Source: a bacterium (GTDB lineage: Bacteria; UBA8248). Taken from it: DNA of 64,000 nt. The notes below the pieces were generated by a model that saw only the letters and a list, made by a program, of their open reading frames with translations, ran no database searches and was not told the origin of the DNA. Positions within the stretch are counted from its first letter, which is position 1; the number at the start of each line of letters is the position of its first letter. Where the stretch lies: positions 1,216,001 to 1,280,000 of the forward strand of contig CBDBZU010000004.1 in NCBI GenBank assembly GCA_965213625.1, given 5' to 3'. Below, piece after piece: positions 56,120-64,000 of the stretch. A program made the translations under genes and the position numbers.

Positions 56120-57337
56120 TTAAGCCGTGTCCTCTCCCAGCAGAACGAGGACGCCGGAATACTGGTGGAGGTGATCGATTTTCCCGATGGGCGCGATCTC
56201 GGAACCTGTAAAAAACCCCGCGACGGGCAGACCGCGCATCTTCTCACGGATCGCCATGGCGTCCACCTCCATCTCCCCGTAGAGGGAACTGCCACGGCCC
56301 GCGCAGTTGAAATAAAGGCCGAAAGCGCGCGCGTCCACTTCTTCTGTGGCGGCGAAGCGCCGGGATCCTTTTTCCAGCATTGTGCGGAGGTCCTCACGCG
56401 CGCGCGACCCGTCCCGTTTGGCGAAGGTGATGGCCTGGCCGGTTTTGACCGGTGTCGGCAGCGCGATGATTCCCTTCTCTTCATCTGCGCCCACGATGGG
56501 CCGCACGATGTACTCGCCGTGGTCGAGCATCACCTTGTCCGGATCCCCCGGAATGCCGATGAACAGGTTCATGGCGGCGAACTGGATGTTCTCCATCCAC
56601 TCGGGACCCGCCGCCTCGGCGAAGGCGTCATACGCGCGTTCGCCCGAAATTTCCCAGACGACGTTCTCCTCCGCCCGGGTGATGAGCCTGGGCTCGCCCA
56701 CGGGCAGATAGGCCTGCGATATCCCGATGAACCGCCTGGGCGCGCCCGCGAATACGACGCCCGAGACGGCGTTTGTCTGCATCTGACCGTCCATGAACTG
56801 AAATGTTCTCCCCGCCGACCCGTCCTCCGCGGCGCCGCCGCCCACGATGATGGCCTCCTCACCCAACTCCTCGTGGATTCCCTCGAAAAGCGCGTCGGCC
56901 TGGAGGTGATAGCTGTCGGGCATGACGACGACCAGGGGTGGATTCTCGTGAGAGAGCGCGTCTCCCAGCTCTTTTTTCGCCGCCCGGCCGATGGCGCGTC
57001 CGCATTCCAGTGGCGCGTCGCCAAGGCCTTCGACCAGAAATGGCGCTGCGGGCGGGGCGTCGCCGACCACCAGAACCGAGATTCCCGGCGTCCGTTCGAT
57101 TTCGCCCTGCGCCGTCAAGACGCCGAAGCCCGTGCAGCCGACGACCCTTGCGCCGCTCGTCCCCTCGGCGACTGCGGCGACCACCTCGGGCCATCTGCTC
57201 AGGTGGCCCGGCGTCGTGAACAGGAAAATGAGGGAGGCGGCGTCGAGCTTCGCCTCCGCCATGGCCTCTTCTATCGCTTCGCGCGCGGCAACGGCGGAAT
57301 CGGGATTGGAGGAGAGGCCGCTCCCCGCGCGCGTCAT
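56120..57337 (-). CDS. FIST-domain protein
   Basis: VVGCTGFG, IVGGGAA, ISQAYLPVG, YFNCAGRG, AGFFTGSEI, LHQYSGVL. Confidence 0.9.
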   Translation of the reverse strand: MTRAGSGLSSNPDSAVAAREAIEEAMAEAKLDAASLIFLFTTPGHLSRWPEVVAAVAEGTSGARVVGCTGFGVLTAQGEIERTPGISVLVVGDAPPAAPFLVEGLGDAPLECGRAIGRAAKKELGDALSHENPPLVVVMPDSYHLQADALFEGIHEELGEEAIIVGGGAAEDGSAGRTFQFMDGQMQTNAVSGVVFAGAPRRFIGISQAYLPVGEPRLITRAEENVVWEISGERAYDAFAEAAGPEWMENIQFAAMNLFIGIPGDPDKVMLDHGEYIVRPIVGADEEKGIIALPTPVKTGQAITFAKRDGSRAREDLRTMLEKGSRRFAATEEVDARAFGLYFNCAGRGSSLYGEMEVDAMAIREKMRGLPVAGFFTGSEIAPIGKIDHLHQYSGVLVLLGEDTA

Positions 57338-58029
57338 GGAGTTTCCTCGCGCGTAAGGGCGCCCGGCGGCCCGTTCGTGAGGAGTCTCGGTTCGCTCACC
57401 GCCTGCACGTCATCGGCAGTGAGGCCTTCGGCCACTTCCCTGAGGAAGGGGCCTTCCGGCGTGAACTCGATGAACGCGATGTCGGTGAACAGCTTGGTGA
57501 CCACCCGCCGCGCGGTCAGGGGATAGGTGCAATCTTCCAGGAGCTTCAGGCCGCCGTCCTTCATGGTGTGGGTCATGATGGCGTAGACCTCGCGTGCGCC
57601 CGCCGCCAGGTCCATTGCGCCGCCGATGCCGCCTTTGCCCAGTCCCGGCACCGTCCAGTTGGCGAGGTCGCCCTGGGCCGAGACCTGCAGCGCGCCCATG
57701 ATGGCGATGTCGATGTGGCCGCCGCGTATCATGGCGAAGGCGTCGGCGTGTCCGAACACGGACGCCCCCGGTAGCGTGGTGATGGGTTCACGCGAAGCGT
57801 TGATGTAGTCCTTGTCCTCTTCGCCGGGCTCGGGCCTCGGGCCCGCGCCGATGATTCCGTTCTCGGCCATGAACAGCACGCCGCGCCCGGTTTCCACGTA
57901 ATTGCCTACCAGCGTGGGGATGCCGATGCCTAAGTTCACCACCGCGCCGTCGGGCAGTTCCGCCGCCACGCGCCGGGCGATGTCGACCGGCTTGAGGGCG
58001 CAGTTCTCAAGTTTCTGATCGGAGGCCAA
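57334..58029 (-). CDS. 3-oxoacid CoA-transferase subunit B
   Basis: VNLGIGIPTLV, AENG, MIRGGHID, GGAMDLAAGA. Confidence 0.93.
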   Translation of the reverse strand: MASDQKLENCALKPVDIARRVAAELPDGAVVNLGIGIPTLVGNYVETGRGVLFMAENGIIGAGPRPEPGEEDKDYINASREPITTLPGASVFGHADAFAMIRGGHIDIAIMGALQVSAQGDLANWTVPGLGKGGIGGAMDLAAGAREVYAIMTHTMKDGGLKLLEDCTYPLTARRVVTKLFTDIAFIEFTPEGPFLREVAEGLTADDVQAVSEPRLLTNGPPGALTREETP

Positions 58030-58696
58030 GGTCTTCTCCTCTTACGACTCTTTGCACGTATATCGAAGGCGTGTGTACGCTTTCGGGCGCGATGACGCCG
58101 GGGTCCACGATTTCCTCCACCTCGACGATGGTGAGCGGCGCCGCCGTCGCCATGACGGGGTTGAAGTTCGCCGCCGTGCCCCGGTAGGTGAGGTTTCCCG
58201 CGCTGTCGGCCCGATGCGCCTTGATGACGGCCACGTCGCCGGGTAGGGGATGTTCGAGCACGGTTTCGCGCCCGTTGATCGTGCGTGTCTCCTTGCCCTC
58301 GGCTGCCTGCGTGCCGACGCCGGTGGGCGTGTAGAAGGCGGCGATGCCTGCGCCCGCCGCCCGGATTCTCTCGGCCATAGTCCCCTGGGGGAGCTGTTCG
58401 AGTTCGATTTTTCCCTCGAGAAAGAGTTCTCTGAACACGAACGCGCTCCTGTGGAAGGCGTAGCTGCAGATGATTTTCCGCACCTTCCCCTGTCTGAGCA
58501 GAACGGCGAGGCCGCGCTCGCCGAAGCCCGCGTGGTTGGTGACGACGGTCAGATCACGCGCGGGATGATCCGCCATGGCGACCAGGAGATTTTCCGGGAT
58601 GCCCGCGCCGCCGAACCCGCCCAGCAGAATGGTGGCGCCGTCGGGAATATCGGCGATGGCGGCTTTGGATGATGGATACACCTTATCGGAGGTCAA
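58007..58696 (-). CDS. 3-oxoacid CoA-transferase subunit A
   Basis: GGFGGAGIPENL, PQGTMAERIRAAGAG, NFNPVMATAA, VHTPSIYV. Confidence 0.93.
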   Translation of the reverse strand: MTSDKVYPSSKAAIADIPDGATILLGGFGGAGIPENLLVAMADHPARDLTVVTNHAGFGERGLAVLLRQGKVRKIICSYAFHRSAFVFRELFLEGKIELEQLPQGTMAERIRAAGAGIAAFYTPTGVGTQAAEGKETRTINGRETVLEHPLPGDVAVIKAHRADSAGNLTYRGTAANFNPVMATAAPLTIVEVEEIVDPGVIAPESVHTPSIYVQRVVRGEDLGLRSET

Positions 58697-58924
58697 TTCG
58701 TCGTTCTCTTTGTTGAGGGAAAATCCATACAGCTTGGTTCCGTGCGAATTTCAATCTATTTATGAGGCATCGACCCGAAAAAATCCAGGCGGACCCAAGG
58801 CTTGCCTCAGGCCTTTCAGTGCCATAGAGTGCGGATTCATTTTTGCAGGGCGCGTTTTCATTTTTTCGAGGAGTGCGTTGTGGCGAGGCAGCCCAGGCGA
58901 GTGCCGGAAACGGAAACGAAGAAC

Positions 58925-60460
58925 ATGGCGGGCCTCTATCTCTATTTCTCGGTCTTTCTCTCGGGCGGCTCGATTCTCGTTATGGAGATCGCGGCGGGGC
59001 GCGTGCTCGCCCCCCATTTCGGCAACACGCTCTACACGTGGACCTCGATGATCGGCATCATCCTGGCCGCGCTGAGCCTTGGTTATTCCATCGGTGGGCG
59101 GCTCGCGGACCGCAAGCCGTCTACGAAACTGTTCTTCCTGCTCATGCTGGGCGGCGCGGGCCTCGTTGCCCTGGTGCCGGCCCTGCGGGGGATTCTGCTG
59201 CCCACGATGGAAGAGAGCCTGGGCCTGCGCTCCGGGCCGGTGTTCGCCGGTCTTCTGCTCTTCGCCGCACCGGGTTGCGTGCTCGCCACGCTCACGCCCT
59301 TCGCGGTAAAGCTCGCGGCGCGGGGAGTGGGAAGCCTGGGAGCAGTGACGGGAAACCTCTTTACCTGGTCCACGGTCGGGAGCATCCTCGGCACGTTCGC
59401 GACGGGTTTCGTCTTCATTCCCTTTTTCGGGCTGAACGGCATCTTCCTGACGACGGCGGGGGCGCTGGCGCTGACGGCGCTCTTCGGGCTCTACCTCAGC
59501 GGCGACCTCGCCAGTTTGTTCTCGAAGCGAAACGCGCGGGCGAACCTGCTTCTCGGAGCGTTCGTGCTCGCCTCGATGGGGACGGGCGCCGCGTGGCTGG
59601 GCGTCATCCCCGGCGTGGATAAAGATACTATTTGGGTGCGCGAGAACATGTACCACATGATTCGCGTGTTCGAGAGGGCCGGGGACGACGGCGGGCGGGT
59701 GCGCGAGATGTACCTGGATCATCAGCCCGAGGGGGCGATGGTCCTGGGCGACGACAAAAAATTTTACTACGAATACACCCGCTTTCTGGAGTTGGGGCCG
59801 CTGTTCGCACCCCACATGAAGCGCGCGATCTTCATCGGCGGCGGCGCTTTCACGATGCCGAAGGCCCTGCAACTCATGAAGCCGGAGATGTCCATCGCCG
59901 TGGCCGAACTCGACGAGGAAGTCGTCGACGCGGGGAGTAAATTTTTCAGGCTGGCGAAATTCCCGAAGCTGAAGGCCCTGGTGGGAGACGGCAGGCGCAT
60001 TCTCCGCTCATCCGGTGAAAAATTCGATCTTATCGTAGGCGACGCATACCGGGGTTTAAGGAACATACCGCCGCATCTGGTCACGAAAGAGTTTTTCGAG
60101 GAAGCGCGCGAACGACTGGCGTCCGGCGGCGTGTTCATGCTGAACCTGATCGGCTACCGCGCGGGCGCCGGCGGCGCAATATACGCATCCGTCTACCGGA
60201 CGATGAAAAGCGTGTTTCCGGAAATATACATCTACAGTACCGACCCTGCGAATCCCTATGTAGCGCAGAACATCCTTATTTTCGGGTTCCGGGACGAGGA
60301 CGCAGGTCGTTTTCGTCGCGTAAGCGAGGCGATGCGCCGCGATTCCAAGTTCGAGTTCGCCGCGCGCGCGCGCGTGGCGCCCCCGGGCTCGCGCCTTTAC
60401 GGCCCGGTATTGACGGACGACTATAATCCTGTGGAATATCTCATCGAAAAAGGACTTTAA
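58925..60460 (+). CDS. fused membrane domain / spermidine synthase-like protein
   Basis: MEIAAGRVLAPHFGN, STVGSILGTF, IGGGAF, ELD, GDGR, HLVTKEFF, VLTDDYNPVE. Confidence 0.88.
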   Translation: MAGLYLYFSVFLSGGSILVMEIAAGRVLAPHFGNTLYTWTSMIGIILAALSLGYSIGGRLADRKPSTKLFFLLMLGGAGLVALVPALRGILLPTMEESLGLRSGPVFAGLLLFAAPGCVLATLTPFAVKLAARGVGSLGAVTGNLFTWSTVGSILGTFATGFVFIPFFGLNGIFLTTAGALALTALFGLYLSGDLASLFSKRNARANLLLGAFVLASMGTGAAWLGVIPGVDKDTIWVRENMYHMIRVFERAGDDGGRVREMYLDHQPEGAMVLGDDKKFYYEYTRFLELGPLFAPHMKRAIFIGGGAFTMPKALQLMKPEMSIAVAELDEEVVDAGSKFFRLAKFPKLKALVGDGRRILRSSGEKFDLIVGDAYRGLRNIPPHLVTKEFFEEARERLASGGVFMLNLIGYRAGAGGAIYASVYRTMKSVFPEIYIYSTDPANPYVAQNILIFGFRDEDAGRFRRVSEAMRRDSKFEFAARARVAPPGSRLYGPVLTDDYNPVEYLIEKGL

Positions 60461-60521
60461 TTCTTCGCGGCGGGGATGAGCGTTACGTACCTGCCGCGCA
60501 CGGAGTCATGAAGGAGAAGCA

Positions 60522-61583
60522 ATGGCGAAGCACAGCATCGGTTTAATCCCCGCGGACGGCATCGGGCCCGAGGTCATCACACAGGCGGTGCGCGTCCTGC
60601 GGGCGCTGGCGAAGAGCGAGCGCGGCCTCGATTTTTCTTTCACGAAATACCCCTGGGGGAGCGATTTCTATCACGAGACGGGCCGTATGTGCCCCGAAAA
60701 TTTCCTGAACCGCGTAAGGAAGCACGACGCGATTCTGCTCGGCGCGGTGGGCAGGCCCGACATTCCCGATCACATCACCCTCAACCAGCTTCTGCTACCG
60801 CTGCGCCGGGGTTTCGATTTGTACGTCAACATGCGCCCCATCGTCTTGTACGAGGGGCTGGAATCGCCGCTGCGCGGTTACGAGCCGGGCGACATCGACA
60901 TGCTCTTCTTCCGCGAGAACACCGAGGGAGAATACAGCCCCATCGGCGGCAGGCACTACGAGGGACACCCGGGAGAGCTGGCCGCCCAGATCACGCTCTT
61001 CACGCGCATGGGCTGTGAGCGCATTATCGAAGCGGCGTTCGAGGCGGCGCTCAAGCGGAAAAAGCACGTGACCAATATCACCAAGTCGAACGCGCAGGGC
61101 CATACGCTGGTGATGTGGGATGAGATTTTCGAGGAAGTCGCCGCAAGACCCCGCTACAGGAAAGTCGAGACGGCGAAATATCTCGTAGACGCCGCCGCCT
61201 TGGAGTTCGTGCGAAGGCCCGAGCATTTCGACGTCGTGGTGTCCACGAACCTCTTCGGCGACATCCTGACGGACCTGGGCGCCGCCATCGTCGGTGGGCT
61301 GGGAGTCGCCGCGAGCGCGAACACGAATCCCAAGGGCGACGCGCCCGGCCTGTTCGAGCCCGTGCACGGCTCCGCGCCCGACATCATGGGCAAGGGGATC
61401 GCCAACCCGGTGGCCGCGCTTATCTCCGCTGCCTTGATGCTCGATTATCTGGGCGAGGAGCGCGCGGCGAAGCGGCTCGACGGCGCGGTTCGCGCGCATC
61501 TGGCCGGGGGCAACCGCACGGCGGACTTAGGCGGCACAGGGACGACGCGATCCGTCGCCACCGACGTCATCAAGAGACTCTAG
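60522..61583 (+). CDS. tartrate/D-malate dehydrogenase-like (isocitrate/isopropylmalate dehydrogenase family)
   Basis: IPADGIGPEV, RENTEGEYS, TKSNA, NLFGDILTDL, FEPVHGSAPDI. Confidence 0.88.
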   Translation: MAKHSIGLIPADGIGPEVITQAVRVLRALAKSERGLDFSFTKYPWGSDFYHETGRMCPENFLNRVRKHDAILLGAVGRPDIPDHITLNQLLLPLRRGFDLYVNMRPIVLYEGLESPLRGYEPGDIDMLFFRENTEGEYSPIGGRHYEGHPGELAAQITLFTRMGCERIIEAAFEAALKRKKHVTNITKSNAQGHTLVMWDEIFEEVAARPRYRKVETAKYLVDAAALEFVRRPEHFDVVVSTNLFGDILTDLGAAIVGGLGVAASANTNPKGDAPGLFEPVHGSAPDIMGKGIANPVAALISAALMLDYLGEERAAKRLDGAVRAHLAGGNRTADLGGTGTTRSVATDVIKRL

Positions 61584-61600
61584 CCTGAAGGAGCGGTTCG

Positions 61601-62125
61601 ATGTCCATCGTCACGCGAAGGGGAGACGATGGGAACACCGATTTATGGTTCGCGGACAGGGTTCCCAAGTATCATCCCCAGGTGCAGGCCTACGGCGCGC
61701 TCGACGAGGCGAAGGCCGCGCTCGGCCTCGCCCGCTCGACGGCGCCTGAATGGCTGAAGCCCGAAATCCTCAAAATCCAGAAAGACCTCTACCTCGTGAG
61801 CAGCGACCTGGCGACACTGCGGGGCAAACTCGGCAGGCTCAAGGAGCGCGTGGGTGCGGAGCAGGTCGCATGGGCCGACGCGCAGGTGGCGCGCTATGAA
61901 AAAGAGATCCAAATCACCGACTGGGTCATCTCGGGCGATTCGCCCTGCGGCGCCGCGCTGGATATGGCGCTCACCATCATCCGCCGGGGCGAGAGATGGT
62001 CGGTCAAGCTGCGGGACGAGGGCTACATCGACAACCCCGACCTGCTCGTCTACCTGAACCGCGTCTCGGACCTCCTCTTCCTCATGGCCCGCGCCGTGGA
62101 CCGGGGGGTGGAAGTGCCCGAGTAG
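61601..62125 (+). CDS. pduO: ATP:cob(I)alamin adenosyltransferase, PduO type
   Basis: IVTRRGDDGNT, AYGALDE, RRGER, YLNRVSDLLFLMAR. Confidence 0.9.
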   Translation: MSIVTRRGDDGNTDLWFADRVPKYHPQVQAYGALDEAKAALGLARSTAPEWLKPEILKIQKDLYLVSSDLATLRGKLGRLKERVGAEQVAWADAQVARYEKEIQITDWVISGDSPCGAALDMALTIIRRGERWSVKLRDEGYIDNPDLLVYLNRVSDLLFLMARAVDRGVEVPE

Positions 62126-62467
62126 GGGGTTGTTGAAAAGACCCGTGGAGCGATTTTAATTGCGCGCACGCTTTTGAAGTTCACTCCCCCCTTGAGGGTC
62201 GGTCTCCCTCGGGGAAGACCGACGATGAAGCCGAGCGGTTTTTTCGAAGGCTGAATCGGTGGGGGGTAAAATGCGTTTTATTGCCATTCCGAATTATACC
62301 CCCCACCAGTTCACTTTCGGGCTTACGCCCTCAGTTCACTGACTCCCCCTCAAGGGGGGAGTGGTTCTCTTCTCTCTCGTTTGTTGGCGATGATGTTCAA
62401 GGGCGAAGTCCGCAACTGCACTGGCGGGGGGTAAATTCCGAGTTTGAAAAACTTTTTCAACAGCCCC
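62126..62467. mobile_element. MITE with IS1182-like ends carrying REP-B doublet
   Basis: Ends GGGGTTGTTGAAAAG / CTTTTTCAACAGCCCC; flanks CCGAGTAG / CCGAGTGG; homologous to 46853-48615. Confidence 0.75.
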
Positions 62468-62512
62468 CCGAGTGGTGGTTCACGCCATTCGCCAGGAACG
62501 TCCAGGGAAAAC

Positions 62513-63558
62513 TTACGTCAGGTAGTAGTCTGATATGGCCTCGAGAGCCACTTTGATGGCCGCCGCGAGCGGCACGGCGAGCAGGATCCCCGCGAACCCC
62601 ATCAACTCCCCCCCTATCATGATGGAGGCGAGCACCACCACGGGATGAAGCCCGATGCGGTTGCCCAGGATGCGGGGAATGAGGGTCATGCCCGCTATGG
62701 GCGAGATGATCCCGAACACGGCCAGCGTCGCCAGCGGGTGGAGCCAGTCCTGATGGCCGAGTGCGGAGAGCAGCAGGGCGATCGGCAGGGCGATAATCCA
62801 TTCCACGTAGGGAAACATGCAGGCGATACCCGTAAAAATGCCCATCACCAACCACAGCGGCATGTCCACGATGAAGAAGCCCAGCACGTAAAAGGCGGAG
62901 AGGATGAGGGCGATCAGCAACTGCCCCTTGATGAACGAACCGAGCAGTTCGTCGAGCCGGAAGACCCTTTTCTCCACCTCAGAGCGGTAGTCGCGGTGCA
63001 CGTAGGCGAAAAACCCCTTCCATAGCTCTTTCCAGTCCCTCAGGACATAGAAGGTCATCACGGGGATGAGAATGAGATAGATCATGCCGATGGCGATGGA
63101 GAAAATGCCGCTGGTTGTTCTCAGCAGAAACCTGAGCGCGGTAACGGAAACTGGCTCAGCAAGGAAAGGTTTTCGGTGAAGTATTTCTGGAGTTCGGCCG
63201 TCTGGGGGAGGTCGAATTTATCGAGCATGGCGATGAGCCAGGATTGCGTGAGCTTAATGTAGTCGGGAAGCTTCTTGGCGAACGCCGTCACTTGCTCTCG
63301 CACCACGGGCGCGATGCTCGCCCACAAGATCAAAAGGACCAAGCCCAAACCCAGCAGGGGGATCAGGACGGCGAGGGGCCTCGGTATTTTCCATCTCTCC
63401 AGCTTATCGACCAGGGGCTGGAGCAGATAGGCGAGGATGAAGGAAGCCGCGAGGGGCACCAGAGCCGCGCGGGCGCTCACCAAAAGCCAGATGCCGGCGA
63501 TGAATATGAGAATGAGCCAGATTCGCTTCCACGTGAGGATTTGGGGTTGATTGTCCAT
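62513..63558 (-). pseudogene. AI-2E family transporter, frameshifted near 63145
   Basis: N-half LAYLLQPLVDKLER; C-half FYVLRD, GQL, IGLHPVVV, GILLAVPLAA; one added C at TTTCCGTT joins them. Confidence 0.82.
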
Positions 63559-63574
63559 GTCGGTCAGCCTGGCC

Positions 63575-64000
63575 TCAGTTTCGCGCTGCTGGGGTTGATT
63601 TCTCCGCTTGGCCTTCGTCCGGTTTCTCGTAAATCATACGGGTGCCTACGAAGAAAAGATAATGAACCCCCGAGGCGAGCGTCAGCCCGCAGGTGATCAG
63701 GTAGGTGGACAACAGCACGATGTTCGTCTCTGCGCTCAGCGCCGCCGCCAGAAGAGCGGCCCCCGCGGTGACCATCTGGGCGGTCGTCGTGGTTTTTCCC
63801 AGCATGGAAGGAGACGGCGTCTGGAAGCCCACACTCATGAACAACATCAGGCAGCCGATGGACAGCAACAAATCCCGGCTCACCACGGAGACGGCCAGCC
63901 AGATCGGGATTTGTCCTGAAATCCCCATCATCATGTATGCGGTGAACATGAGCAGTTTGTCCGCAATCGGGTCGAGCATGGCGCCCAACTCCGTCATTTC
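63575..64000 (-). CDS. CDP-alcohol phosphatidyltransferase (PgsA-like), starts beyond window
   Basis: TELGAMLDPIADKLL, SRD, GKTTTTAQ. Confidence 0.9.
   Translation of the reverse strand, partial: EMTELGAMLDPIADKLLMFTAYMMMGISGQIPIWLAVSVVSRDLLLSIGCLMLFMSVGFQTPSPSMLGKTTTTAQMVTAGAALLAAALSAETNIVLLSTYLITCGLTLASGVHYLFFVGTRMIYEKPDEGQAEKSTPAARN

Overview
High-GC bacterial chromosomal window with no rRNA, tRNA, CRISPR or prophage recognisable. Most of it is housekeeping and heterotrophic catabolism: rlmD-type methyltransferase, pncA, thrB, a futalosine menaquinone cluster (mqnE-mqnA-amidase-hydrolase-mqnC-deaminase), bioF, crcB, pduO, CoA ligase/hydratases/CoA transferase, SDRs and a TAXI-TRAP transporter. 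Small toxin-antitoxin or nuclease-like insertions are interspersed (solo HEPN-like gene, hipBA, higBA-IrrE, a PD-(D/E)XK orphan, DUF4268). Main points beyond the ORF track: (1) two probable selenoprotein genes split by in-frame UGA at redox-Cys positions (DsrE-like UxxC at 25974-26333; AhpD/CMD-like CxxU at 49282-49554); (2) a nested mobile system in which two IS1182-family elements sit in the loops of REP-like palindromes with 5-bp target duplications, and those palindromes are cargo of non-autonomous elements bearing IS1182-like ends, one type having an inverted core in two copies; (3) a candidate AibH/PtmU3-like dimetal monooxygenase plus Rieske pair, divergent from two tandem paralogous HEPN-like unknowns and a TAXI-TRAP transporter; (4) a four-operator array with exact 27-bp period upstream of hipB, and a hipA lacking a canonical start. 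Two or three single-base frameshifts in short homopolymers suggest residual assembly errors. All family calls come from motif recognition by eye; no database search was run.
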